Below, piece after piece: positions 11,039-21,874 of a stretch of DNA of 64,000 nucleotides. A program made the position numbers and the translations under genes. Position 1 is the stretch's first letter, and every line of letters begins with the position of its first letter. The notes under the pieces were generated by a model. The model had not been told where the DNA came from, made no database searches, and worked only from the letters and a program-made list of their open reading frames with translations. The DNA is from an uncultured delta proteobacterium. Lineage in GTDB: Bacteria > Desulfobacterota > Binatia > Binatales > Binataceae. The stretch lies in NCBI GenBank assembly GCA_963724765.1, contig CAVRVY010000003.1, positions 160,001-224,000 of the forward strand, in the 5' to 3' direction.

Positions 11039-13534
11039 GTGGCGAAATCCGTTAGAGCGGCGCTTTCCGACACCATAGAAAAGCTCATCGCGCAGTATAG
11101 TTGCGGTCCCGTAAAATTCAGCGGAGCTGACGAGGCCCTATATGAGCGCCATCTCCTTTTCGACAGTGTTACGGACATAAAGGTCGCCGACGCGCGCGAT
11201 CGCTTTGAAGCGATTGCACGATCCGTACGCGACGTGCTTTCCCAGCGTTGGATCCGCACCGAGCAGACGTATGAGAGCAGGAATCCCAAACGTGTCTATT
11301 ATTTGTCGATAGAATTTCTTCTCGGTCGCTCGCTCGCCAACAACGTTCAAAACCTTCTGCTCGACCCTGTGGCGGAGCAATTGATCAAAGAGAAAAATCT
11401 CGATCGGCTGGGTTTGCTGGAGCAGGAACCCGACGCCGGTCTCGGCAATGGAGGCCTCGGCCGGCTCGCTGCTTGCTTCCTTGATTCTATGGCAGCGATG
11501 CAACTCCCAGGAATGGGCTATGGGCTGCGCTACGAATACGGGATGTTCAAGCAATCAATCGACAATGGCTGGCAGCAGGAACGCCCGGACAATTGGCTGC
11601 GTCGCCCGGACCCTTGGGAAGTGGCTCGTCCGCATGAAAGAGTCGAACTGCAGCTCAATTGCTCCATTGAGGTCCGCGGGGGAGCGCTACATCCGGTCAG
11701 CGATCGGCCTTCGACTCTGATCGGGATTCCCTTTGATCGTCCGGTGGTTGGCTACGGCGGCAAGACCATAAACACGCTAAGACTCTGGGCCGCTGCTGCT
11801 CCTGATGAATTCAAGTTTCAGGAATTCAGCCACGGCGATTTCGTCTCTGCCGTGGCAGAGAGGCTGGGAGCGGAATCACTGACTCGAGTGCTGTATCCCG
11901 ACGACTCCACCAGTATGGGGCAGGGCTTGCGCTTTGTCCAGGAGTACTTTCTGGTCGCCTGCTCGCTTGCCGATATTGTGCGACGGTTCCGGCGCGACAA
12001 TCCCGATTGGAGCACGCTTCCTGAGAAGGTCGCCGTCCAACTCAACGACACACATCCGGCAATCGCGGTGCCGGAGTTAATGCGGATATTGCTCGACGAG
12101 GCGAAGCTGGGGTGGGACGAAGCCTGGGACCTGACGGTAAAAGCGCTGGCGTACACAAATCACACGTTGCTGCCCGAAGCGCTCGAAAAATGGCCAGTTG
12201 AGTGGTTTCGGATGCTCATACCGCGCAACCTAGAGATCACATTTGAAATCAATCGGCGATTGCTCGATGACGTTCGTAGCCGCTTTCCGGGTGACGACGG
12301 TCGTGTCTCGAGGATCAGCTTGATCGAGGAAGGCCCGACGAAGCACATACGGATGGCCAACTTGGCCATCGTCGGGTCGCACAGCACTAACGGCGTAGCC
12401 GAGATCCACTCTCAATTACTGCGCACGACGACGGTCAAGGATCTGGCCGAATTGTTTCCCGAACGCTTCAACAACAAGACGAATGGCGTCACGCCCCGGC
12501 GCTGGTTGCTGCTCGCGAATCTGGCCTTGGCCCGCACGATCACAGAGGCGATCGGCGAAGACTGGATTACCGATCTGAGCCAGTTGAGCAGACTTAAGCC
12601 GCTTGCCGCGAACAGAGCCTTTCGCGACAACTTCCGTGAGGCCACTCGTCAGACGAAAGTTCGGTTTGCTGACTGGCTCAAGTCGAAGTTCGGGGTAACG
12701 GTAGATCCGGATTCAATTTTCGATAGCCAGGTTAAACGCATCCACGAATATAAGCGGCAACTTCTGAACGCACTTCGCATCGTGGTGCTCTACAACCGAC
12801 TGCGGGAAGATCCCAAGGCACTGATACAGCCGCGGACCTTTTTCTTCGCAGGGAAAGCGGCGCCAGGCTACCACCTGGCGAAGCTCATCATAAAGTTCAT
12901 TAACAATGTGGCCGATACAATCGACAATGACCCTGTGATTCGAGGTCGAATCAAAGTCCTGTTTGTTCCCGAGTACGACGTTTCACTGGCAGAACGGCTG
13001 ATTCCGGCCAGCGATGTTTCCAATCAGATCTCAACCGCAGGTTACGAAGCCAGCGGCACCAGCAACATGAAGTTCATGATGAATGGAGCTCTGACTATTG
13101 GCACGCGCGACGGAGCGACGATCGAGATGGCGCAGGAAGCGGGCGAGGAAAACCTCTTCCTGTTCGGTCTCACAGCCCAGCAGGTGGCCGACAGCCGAAG
13201 CTGGTACAACCCGCACTGGCACTATGACAACGAACCCGAAACGCGCGCCGCCTTGGACCTGATCTTTTCTGATCACTTCAGCCCTAATGAGCATGGCGTG
13301 TTTGAACCGTTGCGGGACGCCCTTCTCAGGCACGGGGATTATTACATGCACTTGGCAGACCTCAAGTCATATCTCGACGCCGACCGCAGGCTCGTCGACT
13401 TATACGCGGACCGAGAAGAATGGGCACGTCGGGCGATCCTCAACGTGGCGAGCTCAGGCAAGTTCTCAAGCGACAGAACCATTGCAGAGTACGCAAAGGA
13501 CATCTGGAACGTCGAGCCTTGTCCCCTCACATAG
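11039..13534 (+). CDS. glgP: Glycogen/starch phosphorylase
   Basis: GLGNGGLGRLAACF, QVKRIHEYKRQ, EASGTSNMKF (PLP Lys). Confidence 0.97.
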   Translation: MAKSVRAALSDTIEKLIAQYSCGPVKFSGADEALYERHLLFDSVTDIKVADARDRFEAIARSVRDVLSQRWIRTEQTYESRNPKRVYYLSIEFLLGRSLANNVQNLLLDPVAEQLIKEKNLDRLGLLEQEPDAGLGNGGLGRLAACFLDSMAAMQLPGMGYGLRYEYGMFKQSIDNGWQQERPDNWLRRPDPWEVARPHERVELQLNCSIEVRGGALHPVSDRPSTLIGIPFDRPVVGYGGKTINTLRLWAAAAPDEFKFQEFSHGDFVSAVAERLGAESLTRVLYPDDSTSMGQGLRFVQEYFLVACSLADIVRRFRRDNPDWSTLPEKVAVQLNDTHPAIAVPELMRILLDEAKLGWDEAWDLTVKALAYTNHTLLPEALEKWPVEWFRMLIPRNLEITFEINRRLLDDVRSRFPGDDGRVSRISLIEEGPTKHIRMANLAIVGSHSTNGVAEIHSQLLRTTTVKDLAELFPERFNNKTNGVTPRRWLLLANLALARTITEAIGEDWITDLSQLSRLKPLAANRAFRDNFREATRQTKVRFADWLKSKFGVTVDPDSIFDSQVKRIHEYKRQLLNALRIVVLYNRLREDPKALIQPRTFFFAGKAAPGYHLAKLIIKFINNVADTIDNDPVIRGRIKVLFVPEYDVSLAERLIPASDVSNQISTAGYEASGTSNMKFMMNGALTIGTRDGATIEMAQEAGEENLFLFGLTAQQVADSRSWYNPHWHYDNEPETRAALDLIFSDHFSPNEHGVFEPLRDALLRHGDYYMHLADLKSYLDADRRLVDLYADREEWARRAILNVASSGKFSSDRTIAEYAKDIWNVEPCPLT

Positions 13535-13571
13535 CCGATTTGACTCGACCACATTCGAAGAGAAACCAATC

Positions 13572-15251
13572 ATGAACGTCAGTCCCAAAGCAGGCAAACC
13601 TGCCGAGCCGGCGATTCTGATCGATGTTCCGAAGCTGGTGGACGCTTACTATGCGGGCCGACCCGATCCATCCGTGACCGCGCAGCGCGTGGTGTTCGGT
13701 ACTTCCGGGCATCGCGGCTGCTCGCTCGAGAATTCCTTCAATGAGGCACACATCCTCGCGATTACTCAGGCGATCTGCCTCTACCGCAAGCAACAGCGCA
13801 TCGACGGGCCGCTGTACATCGGTTTCGACACGCACGCGCTTTCCGAACCCGCTTTCAAGAGTGCATTGGAGGTGCTGGCGGGCAACAGCATCGAAGTGAT
13901 GGTCGATGCCGGGAACGGCTATACACCCACGCCCGTGATCTCGCATGCGATTCTCAGCTACAACCGGGGCCGCCGGCGCGGACTTGCGGATGGCATAGTC
14001 ATCACGCCGTCGCATAATCCGCCGCGATTCGGCGGCTTCAAATACGACCCGCCACACGGCGGTCCTGCTGACACTCACGTGACAACATGGATCGAAGAAC
14101 AGGCTAACGCACTCATTTCGGACCAACTACGCAGCGTCGCGCGGGTACCGATCGAACGACCACGCACGACTCCAATGGTCCATCAGCATGACTATTTAAA
14201 TTCTTATGTGAACGATCTCCCCGCTGTGGTGGACCTTGATGCGATTAGCCACAGCAAGGTTCGCATCGGGGTCGATCCGCTGGGCGGCGCCAGCGTGGCC
14301 TACTGGGATGCCATACGCGATCGCTATGGACTCAACCTAGAGGTCGTCAATCGCGCCGTCGACCCGACGTTCAGGTTCATGACGGTCGATTGGGACGGCC
14401 AGATCCGAATGGACCCTTCATCGGTGTACGCGATGGCGCGCATCGTCGCCCTGAAAGACCGATTCGACGTCGCCTTCGCAAGCGACACCGATGCCGATCG
14501 CCATGGAATCGTGAGCCACAGTCAAGGGCTACTCGATCCGAACCATTATCTTTCGGTTGCGATTTCGTACCTCTTCGCGAATCGTCCGCAGTGGTCCAAA
14601 GAGGTAGCCGTTGGCAAGACCATCGTCAGCAGCGGCATGATCGATCGGGTGGCAGAGGGTTTGAAGCGCCGACTGATCGAAGTGCCGGTGGGATTCAAGT
14701 GGTTCGTCGACGGGCTCATCGATGGCAGTGTCGGATTCTGCGGCGAGGAAAGCTCGGGGGCAACGTTTCTGCGGCGCGACGGTACCGTGTGGACGACGGA
14801 CAAAGACGGAATTGTTCCGAACCTGCTTGCCGCCGAAATCACGGCACGCACCGGCCGCGACCCGGGTGAACACTACCGCAAATTGACGGCTGAATTCGGT
14901 GACCCGCTATACGAGCGACTCGACGCCCCTGCGACATCGGAACAGAAAGCCAGGCTGGCAAAGCTTTCTCCAGAAGCGATTACCGAATCGACGCTGGCGG
15001 GCGAGCCGATCATCGCCAAGCTGACGAACGCGCCCGGCAACCAGGCTCCAATCGGCGGCTTGAAGGTGATTGCTGCTAGCGGCTGGTTCGCGGCGCGTCC
15101 TTCCGGAACGGAGAGCATCTACAAAATCTATGCGGAAAGTTTCAAGGACCGAGATCATCTGAACGCCATCGTCAGCGAAGCTCAGGCAATCGTGAAACGC
15201 GCGTTGGACTCGTCTGAACCAGACCGCGGCTCGCGGGCAGCGCGACAATGA
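13572..15251 (+). CDS. pgm: Phosphoglucomutase (alpha-D-glucose-1,6-bisphosphate-dependent)
   Basis: FGTSGHRG, TPSHNP, DTDADRH, GEESSG, ARPSGTE. Confidence 0.96.
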   Translation: MNVSPKAGKPAEPAILIDVPKLVDAYYAGRPDPSVTAQRVVFGTSGHRGCSLENSFNEAHILAITQAICLYRKQQRIDGPLYIGFDTHALSEPAFKSALEVLAGNSIEVMVDAGNGYTPTPVISHAILSYNRGRRRGLADGIVITPSHNPPRFGGFKYDPPHGGPADTHVTTWIEEQANALISDQLRSVARVPIERPRTTPMVHQHDYLNSYVNDLPAVVDLDAISHSKVRIGVDPLGGASVAYWDAIRDRYGLNLEVVNRAVDPTFRFMTVDWDGQIRMDPSSVYAMARIVALKDRFDVAFASDTDADRHGIVSHSQGLLDPNHYLSVAISYLFANRPQWSKEVAVGKTIVSSGMIDRVAEGLKRRLIEVPVGFKWFVDGLIDGSVGFCGEESSGATFLRRDGTVWTTDKDGIVPNLLAAEITARTGRDPGEHYRKLTAEFGDPLYERLDAPATSEQKARLAKLSPEAITESTLAGEPIIAKLTNAPGNQAPIGGLKVIAASGWFAARPSGTESIYKIYAESFKDRDHLNAIVSEAQAIVKRALDSSEPDRGSRAARQ

Positions 15252-16783
15252 GCAACCAAGACCGGCTTACATCTCTTCCGCCGTTTGCCTCTGACTACCG
15301 TGCCTCAGGCTTGTTGCTGCACATTACGTCACTGCCCTCAGCGTACGGGATCGGCGATGTGGGACCCTCGGCGTTTGCGTGGCTAGACCGTCTCCAAGAA
15401 GCAGGTCAAAGCTGGTGGCAGGCACTGCCTCTCGGCCCCACCGGGTATGGCAACTCTCCGTATCAATCGCTGTCATCCTTCGCCGGCAACGAGCTGCTGG
15501 TCAGCCCAGAGTCTCTCACCGAGGACGGACTGTTGCGAGCCAACGAATACTCTCCTCATTCGTGCTCCCCCGCCATCGACTACGATGTTGTCATTCCGTT
15601 TAAACGCGATCTGCTCGAAACGGCATGGACCAACTTCAAACAGGGGGCCCGCCGGGATCTGCAGGCCGCTTTCGATGAGTTCCGCCACGCCGAAGCGCAT
15701 TGGCTGGACGATTACAGCCTTTTCCGTGCGCTGAAGTTGAAGCACAACGGCGCATATTATCTGGAGTGGCCCGTAGAAGTGGTTCAGCGTGTCCCCGCAG
15801 CACTGGCTCGGGCCCGGGCCGAGTTGTGGGAACGAATCGAGAAGGTCTGCCTTGCTCAGTTCTTGTTATTTCGGCAGGGCGAACGGCTTAAAGAATACGC
15901 GCACGCCAAGGGCGTGCGCCTGATTGGTGACCTGCCCTTTTTCGTTTCGCCGGATTCGAGCGACGTTTGGGCCAACCCCGACTTGTTCGTGCTCGATGAT
16001 CACCACCACCCGCGTTTCGTAGCCGGCGTGCCTCCTGACTACTTCAGCGCCGACGGACAGCTCTGGGGGAATCCCGTGTACGACTGGGACGCGCACCGGC
16101 GGACTGGCTTTCGCTGGTGCATCGATCGGTTGCGGGCCTTGCTGGCGCACGTCAACGCGATTCGCCTGGATCACTTTCGTGCGTTCGCTGCTGCATGGCA
16201 TGTTCCGGCTGGAGCACCCACGGCCAAAGCCGGGCACTGGGCGCCAGGCCCCGGCGCTGAGTTCTTTAACGCGCTACAGAACGAGCTTGGCAACCTTCCA
16301 TTTTTTGCGGAAGACTTGGGAGTGATCACGCCGGACGTGTGCGCATTGCGCGACCAGTTTCAGATCCCTGGAACCCGAGTCCTCCAATTCGCCTTCGACG
16401 GCAACCCAGAAAATCCGCATTTGCCGCAGCACTACATTCCCAACGCGGTCGCGTACACCGGTACTCATGACAACAACACGACGCGCGGCTGGTTTGAAGA
16501 GCTGCCGAGTCAACAGCGGCAGCGGGTGTGGAAATACCTCAACCGATCCGAGGGCGACAGTCGGGAGGTCACGACAGCCTTGATGCAAGCGGTGTGGTCG
16601 TCGGCTGCGGCTTTGGCGATGGCTCCTCTCCAGGATGTCCTCAACTTGGGAAGCGAAGCGCGGATGAACGTGCCCGGCCGTCCCGGAGGTAACTGGCGCT
16701 GGCGCTGCAACGAAGAAATGCTTTCAGGTCCAGCTTTTGAACAGCTGCGCGACCTGTCGAAGGCGACGAACCGATGGAGGTGA
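15248..16783 (+). CDS. malQ: 4-alpha-glucanotransferase (amylomaltase, GH77)
   Basis: GLLLHITSLP, GVPPDYFS..GQLWGNP, RLDHFR, AEDLG, TGTHDN. Confidence 0.96.
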   Translation: MSNQDRLTSLPPFASDYRASGLLLHITSLPSAYGIGDVGPSAFAWLDRLQEAGQSWWQALPLGPTGYGNSPYQSLSSFAGNELLVSPESLTEDGLLRANEYSPHSCSPAIDYDVVIPFKRDLLETAWTNFKQGARRDLQAAFDEFRHAEAHWLDDYSLFRALKLKHNGAYYLEWPVEVVQRVPAALARARAELWERIEKVCLAQFLLFRQGERLKEYAHAKGVRLIGDLPFFVSPDSSDVWANPDLFVLDDHHHPRFVAGVPPDYFSADGQLWGNPVYDWDAHRRTGFRWCIDRLRALLAHVNAIRLDHFRAFAAAWHVPAGAPTAKAGHWAPGPGAEFFNALQNELGNLPFFAEDLGVITPDVCALRDQFQIPGTRVLQFAFDGNPENPHLPQHYIPNAVAYTGTHDNNTTRGWFEELPSQQRQRVWKYLNRSEGDSREVTTALMQAVWSSAAALAMAPLQDVLNLGSEARMNVPGRPGGNWRWRCNEEMLSGPAFEQLRDLSKATNRWR

Positions 16784-16787
16784 CACG

Positions 16788-17864
16788 ATGAGAGCGACCG
16801 AGCAGCTCCGTAATTTGGGCCAGAGTCTCTGGCTCGACAACATCACGCGCGATTTGCTCGACGGCGGCACGCTCAAGCGCTACATCGACGATCTGTCGGT
16901 GACGGGACTCACGTCGAATCCAACGATCTTCGATCACGCCATCACTCATAGCAAATCGTACGATTCAGAAATTCAGCGCCTCCTGAGCACTGGGCTCTCC
17001 GGTGAAGCATTGTTTTTTGAGCTGGCGCTGCAGGACTTGACACGTGCCGCCGATCTGTTCGCTCCGATACACGAACGCACCGCTGGCGTTGACGGCTGGG
17101 TATCGCTGGAAGTCTCACCGCTTCTTGCCTACGACGCCAAGGCCACGGTGGTCGAGGCCAAAGCACTTCATAAAAAGGCCAATCGGCACAACCTGTTCAT
17201 CAAAATTCCCGGCACCAAGGAAGGAGCGCCAGCGGTCGAAGACGCGATCTTTTCAGGTGTACCGGTGAATGTGACTCTGCTTTTCACGCGTGATCATTAC
17301 GTGGCCGCCGCCGAGGCTTATATGAGCGGACTGGAGCGACGAGTCGCTGCCGGTCTGAGTCCTGACGTCCGTTCGGTGGCATCGCTCTTCATCAGCCGCT
17401 GGGACAAGGCCACGATGGATAAAGTGCCCGAGAGGGACCGCGACAGACTGGGCGTCGCCATCGGCCAGCAAGTTTACGCGGCATACCGCGACCTGCTCGA
17501 GTCGGATCGCTGGCAGCAACTGGCAAGTTGCGGCGCACGCCCGCAACGGTTGCTCTTTGCAAGCACTGGCACCAAGGATCCCAAGGCGTCCGATGTCCTT
17601 TATATAGGTGCCTTAGCCGCTCCCAACACAATCAACACGATGCCCGAGGAAACCTTGCTCGCGTTCGGCGAGCACGGTCGGGTCAGTGACGTCATTCCGC
17701 GCGGCGGCGGCGACTGTGAACAAGTGCTGGCAGAGTTCGGCAGCGTCGGCGTTGATGTGGCAAAACTTGGCATAGATCTGCAGAAGGAGGGAACCAAATC
17801 TTTTGACGATTCCTGGCAGGACCTGTTGAACGCAATCGAGGCCAAGAGCAAGGCGTTGAAGTAA
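16788..17864 (+). CDS. tal: Transaldolase
   Basis: [33 protein letters not shown]. Confidence 0.95.
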   Translation: MRATEQLRNLGQSLWLDNITRDLLDGGTLKRYIDDLSVTGLTSNPTIFDHAITHSKSYDSEIQRLLSTGLSGEALFFELALQDLTRAADLFAPIHERTAGVDGWVSLEVSPLLAYDAKATVVEAKALHKKANRHNLFIKIPGTKEGAPAVEDAIFSGVPVNVTLLFTRDHYVAAAEAYMSGLERRVAAGLSPDVRSVASLFISRWDKATMDKVPERDRDRLGVAIGQQVYAAYRDLLESDRWQQLASCGARPQRLLFASTGTKDPKASDVLYIGALAAPNTINTMPEETLLAFGEHGRVSDVIPRGGGDCEQVLAEFGSVGVDVAKLGIDLQKEGTKSFDDSWQDLLNAIEAKSKALK

Positions 17865-17886
17865 TCAGCACGAAGGAACAGATCAA

Positions 17887-18491
17887 ATGCTGGAAGGCAG
17901 ATTTTTAAGAGAGACTCCCGCGTGGGGCGCGCTGCAGGCGCACTACGAGAAAGTCAAAGATATCCACTTAAGGCAGCTGTTCGCGGACGATCCAGACCGG
18001 GGAGAGCGTTTTACCGTCGAAGGCGCAAACTTGTACCTGGACTACTCCAAGAACCGCATTACCGATGAAACAGTTCGATTGCTCGTGCAGCTCGCCAGGG
18101 AGCGAGGCGTCGCGGAGCGGCGCGACGCGATGTTCCGCGGTGAGAAGATCAATGTCACCGAAAAGCGGGCTGTGTTGCATGTGGCCCTGCGGGCCCCGAA
18201 AGGAGCCTCGATTGTCGTCGACGGCCACAACGTGGTGCCTGAGGTTCATGCCGTGCTGGACAAGATGGCTAACTTCTCCAACCGCATCCGCCGCGGCGAA
18301 TGGAGGGGCCACACCGGCAAGGTCATACGCAACGTTGTCAACATAGGCATCGGCGGCTCCGACCTCGGACCCGTCATGGCGTACGAAGCACTGAGACACT
18401 ATAGCGATCGCTCGATCACGTTCCGCTTTGTTTCCAACGTCGATGGCACTGACTTCTTCGAAGCGACCCGTGACCTCGATCCGGCCGAAAC
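17887..18491 (+). pseudogene. pgi: Glucose-6-phosphate isomerase, N-terminal ~200 aa only, truncated by IS21
   Basis: [28 protein letters not shown]; the sequence switches to the IS21 end at 18492. Confidence 0.93.
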
Positions 18492-18607
18492 TGAGAGCGC
18501 CAGAGAGAAAATCCCTCACTGAAGCAGCCGGATAGACCGGTTGCACCGGAGTAAAAATCCGGCAGCAATAGCCCATTTGCCGTGGAACGGCAGAGGTGGG
18601 CGGAGGG

Positions 18608-20107
18608 ATGAAGCGGGTGGAACTATACGCGCAGGTTCGACGAGCGGTTTACGTGGAGGGGCTGAGTCGGCGGGAAGCAGCACGGCGCTTTGGGATCGAC
18701 CCGCGGACGGTGGCGAAGATGCTGGCGTTCTCGGTGCCGCCTGGTTATCGACGGAGCCGGCCGCCGGCGCGGCCCAAGCTGGATCCGTTTGTCGGGATTA
18801 TCGACCGGATCTTGGAAGAAGATAAGTTACGCCCAGCCAAGCAGCAGCACACGGCGAAACGGATTTTCGAGCGGCTGCGCGATGAGCATGGGTATGACGG
18901 CGGGATCTCGATCGTAAGGGCTTACGTACACGAGCATCGCCAGCGGCTGCGCGAGATGTTCGTGCCACTGCACCATGATCCTGGACACGCGCAAGTCGAC
19001 TTCGGTGAAGCGCTCGCGGTAATCGCAGGTGAGGAGTGCAAGATCCACTTCTTCGCGATGGACTTGCCGCACAGCGATGCTTGTTTGGTGCAGGCCTATC
19101 CGGCGGAGAGCACCGAGGCCTTCTGCGAAGGTCACAACGTCAGCTTCGAGTTCTTTGGCGGAGTGCCGCGTTCGATCCTCTACGACAACACCAAGCTGGC
19201 GGTGGCGCGCATACTCGGAGATGGCACCCGTAAGCGCACCAAGGTCTTCAGTGAGCTGCAGTCCCACTCTCTGTTCGCCGATCGCTTCGGGCGGCCGGGC
19301 AAGGGTAACGATAAGGGCAAGGTCGAGGGGTTGGTCGGCTATGCGCGGCGCAACTTCATGGTGCCGATCCCGCGCGCACTCAGCTTCGCTGAGCTAAATG
19401 AGCAGTTGCTGGAGTGCTGCCGCCGTCGTTTGAAGGATCGGCTACGTGGTCATGATGACACCATCGGCGAGCGGCTGGTGAAGGACCGTGAGGCTCTCCT
19501 GCCGCTGCCGCCCGCACCCTATGATGCGTGCGAAAAGAGGCCCGCCTGGGTCAGCTCGTTGTCGCTGGTGCGCTACCGCGGCAACAACTACTCAGTGCCA
19601 AGCGCATACGGTCACCGCGAGGTGCTGGTCCGAGGTTACGTCCACGAAGTTGTGATCGCCTGTGCAACCGAGGAGATCGCCCGGCACGCTCGTTCCTACG
19701 AGCGCGAGGACTTCGTGTTCAACCCACTGCACTACCTGGCCCTGCTGGAGCGGAAGATCGGCGCGCTGGACCAGGCCGCGCCGCTGGTCGGCTGGGAACT
19801 ACCTGAAGAGTTCGCAACGCTGCGCCGGCTGCTCGAAGCGCGCCTGCGCAAGCCCGGTAAGCGGGAGTTCGTTCAGGTCCTGCGCTTGCTCGAGGTGTTC
19901 GGTCTCGAAGACGTGGTCGCAGGAGTTCGAGAAGCGATCGATCGCGGAGTGATTAGCTTCGACGCGGTCAAGCATCTCGTGCTGTGCCGCATCGAACGGC
20001 GCCCACCGCGACTCGACCTGAAGATCTATCCCTATCTGCCACAGGCGACTGTGAGCACCACCTCGGCCCGATCCTACCTGAGCCTGATGGCGGGAGCAGG
20101 TTCATGA
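18608..20107 (+). CDS. istA: IS21 transposase IstA
   Basis: AQVDFG, ILYDN, KGKVE DDE motifs. Confidence 0.95.
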   Translation: MKRVELYAQVRRAVYVEGLSRREAARRFGIDPRTVAKMLAFSVPPGYRRSRPPARPKLDPFVGIIDRILEEDKLRPAKQQHTAKRIFERLRDEHGYDGGISIVRAYVHEHRQRLREMFVPLHHDPGHAQVDFGEALAVIAGEECKIHFFAMDLPHSDACLVQAYPAESTEAFCEGHNVSFEFFGGVPRSILYDNTKLAVARILGDGTRKRTKVFSELQSHSLFADRFGRPGKGNDKGKVEGLVGYARRNFMVPIPRALSFAELNEQLLECCRRRLKDRLRGHDDTIGERLVKDREALLPLPPAPYDACEKRPAWVSSLSLVRYRGNNYSVPSAYGHREVLVRGYVHEVVIACATEEIARHARSYEREDFVFNPLHYLALLERKIGALDQAAPLVGWELPEEFATLRRLLEARLRKPGKREFVQVLRLLEVFGLEDVVAGVREAIDRGVISFDAVKHLVLCRIERRPPRLDLKIYPYLPQATVSTTSARSYLSLMAGAGS

Positions 20108-20880
20108 GCGATACGCCCCAGGTTCTGCTCACCCATTACTTGAAAACACTCAGATTGCCCACCTTTTTGCGCGAGTATGACAAGTTGGCGCGCCAATGCG
20201 CCGGCGAGGATGTCGACTATCCTCGCTACCTGTTGCGCCTGGCCGAGCTGGAGATGATCGAACGGGAACGCCGGACCATCGAGCGGCGAATCAAGGAAGC
20301 CAGGTTCCCGGCGGTCAAAAGTCTCGATAGCTTCGAATTCGCAGCGCTCCCCTCGCTCAACAAGACGCTAGTGCTGGAACTGGCCCGCTCGGAGTATATC
20401 GCGCGCCGCGAGAACATCATCGCGGTCGGCAACAGTGGCACCGGCAAGACTCATGTGGCTCTCGGGCTAGGTCTGGCCGCCTGCCAGAAGGGTCTCGCGG
20501 TCGGCTTCACCACCGCTGCCGCTTTGGTCAACGAGCTGCATGAAGCGCATGATGAGAAGCGTCTGCTGCGCCTCCAACGTCAACTCGCCGGCTACAAGCT
20601 TCTGATCGTGGATGAACTCGGCTACGTCCCGCTCTCCCCAACTGGTGCAGAGTTACTGTTCGAAGTCTTCAGCCAGCGCTACGAGCGCGGCTCGATCATC
20701 GTTACCAGCAATCTGCCGTTCGATGAGTGGACCAGCGTGTTCGGCTCCGAGCGCTTAACCGGCGCACTGCTTGATCGTCTTACCCACCACGTTCACATCC
20801 TCGAGATGAACGGTGACAGCTTCAGGCTCAAACACAGCAAGCGCCGCATCAGTGACGATCAACCGCGAGAATCCGGCTAA
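20104..20880 (+). CDS. istB: IS21 helper ATPase IstB
   Basis: Walker A GNSGTGKT, Walker B LLIVDELGY, LLDRLTHH. Confidence 0.96.
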   Translation: MSDTPQVLLTHYLKTLRLPTFLREYDKLARQCAGEDVDYPRYLLRLAELEMIERERRTIERRIKEARFPAVKSLDSFEFAALPSLNKTLVLELARSEYIARRENIIAVGNSGTGKTHVALGLGLAACQKGLAVGFTTAAALVNELHEAHDEKRLLRLQRQLAGYKLLIVDELGYVPLSPTGAELLFEVFSQRYERGSIIVTSNLPFDEWTSVFGSERLTGALLDRLTHHVHILEMNGDSFRLKHSKRRISDDQPRESG

Positions 20881-21044
20881 CACCACTAACTCCAACCCAC
20901 AAAGCTAGATCTTTTCGACACAGTAGCGAGGGGGTGATCCCCCTCGCGCTCCCCCTGCCAGACGTCAACCTACCTGCCATCGGCTTATCCAAATGATGGA
21001 CTTTTGCTCTGGCGCGCTGATGTACTTTCACTCCGGTGTTGACA

Positions 21045-21836
21045 CCGCTGTATGCGCAGGGTGCCGTTAGGCGTGGACGGCGCTATCGGTACTACGTATC
21101 ACGAGCGCTGGTCAGAGGTTCCACAGCGGAGGGACAACGTGGATGGCGGGTACCAGGGCCCGAACTGGACCGAGCGGTCGCGATCGCCGCACGAAGCATT
21201 CTGGACGACAAGCCGGCTATTCTCGCTGCTCTGCGGAGCGAGGGAATTGAAGATATCGATGTCAATCAGGTTTTCAAGTTGGCGACTGAATGGAGGGAAC
21301 GTCTTCTGTCTGAGATCGAATGTTCAACGGTTCTGGTTGAATTAGTGGAAAGGGCAACATTGACGGACGAGGGCATTCGACTCGGGCTGAAAATATCCGT
21401 GCCATGCAGCGGGCCAGGCGGCGCCGCGCTGCACAAGGTGCTCCGTCTGTTTCGGTTCGTTCCGCTGAAGGTGAAGAGACGTGGCGTCGAGATGCGGCTC
21501 ATCATCAACGGAGGCGATGAGCCTAGGAGACCCGATCCTGCGCTGCTGAAGGCATTCGCACGGGCTCGAGGATGGTTCGAGGAATTGGCATCGGGCCGCG
21601 TCCGTTCGCTCGTCGAAATCGCGCGCCGCGAAGGACTCGCGAAACGCTACGTCGCCCGCCTGACTAAGCTGGCATTCGTATCGCCGGCGTTCGTGGGACG
21701 CGATCGCAGACGGCAATGTGTCGCCTGGAACCAACCTGCAAATGCTGATGGACGGTCGCGTTGCTCTCCCCCTTTGCTGGAGCGATCAGGAACACCTTTT
21801 CAGCGACTAAATAGTTCGAGCAGGACCGATTCGTAA
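21045..21836 (+). pseudogene. C-terminal part of a large serine (site-specific) recombinase, 5'-truncated by IS21
   Basis: RRYRYYVS zinc-ribbon-region motif, WRVP..ELD, PDPALLKA.ARA..W, EIARREGL..RYV.RL.KLAF.SP. Confidence 0.75.
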
Positions 21837-21874
21837 TCAGCAGATCGTCGGTTCGAATCCGACGGGTGGCTCCA
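21828..21874 (+). other. 3' half of tRNA-Thr(CGT); probable att site duplicated by integration
   Basis: TT-CGT-AA anticodon loop, TCAGC, T-arm GTCGG-TTCGAAT-CCGAC, acceptor strand GGGTGGC-T-CCA; 5' acceptor strand absent. Confidence 0.85.

Larger units (their letters stand above)
18492..21044 (+). mobile_element. IS21-family insertion sequence
   Basis: TG...CA ends; imperfect IRs TGAGAGCGCCAGAGAGAAAATCC / rc TGTCAACACCGGAGTGAAAGTAC with reiterated internal copies; istA-istB; no target duplication. Confidence 0.92.

Noticed and set aside
21810-21874. Complete tRNA-Thr gene
   Set aside because: No 5' acceptor strand complementary to GGGTGGC, and the anticodon stem 5' strand is mismatched; only the 3' half is present
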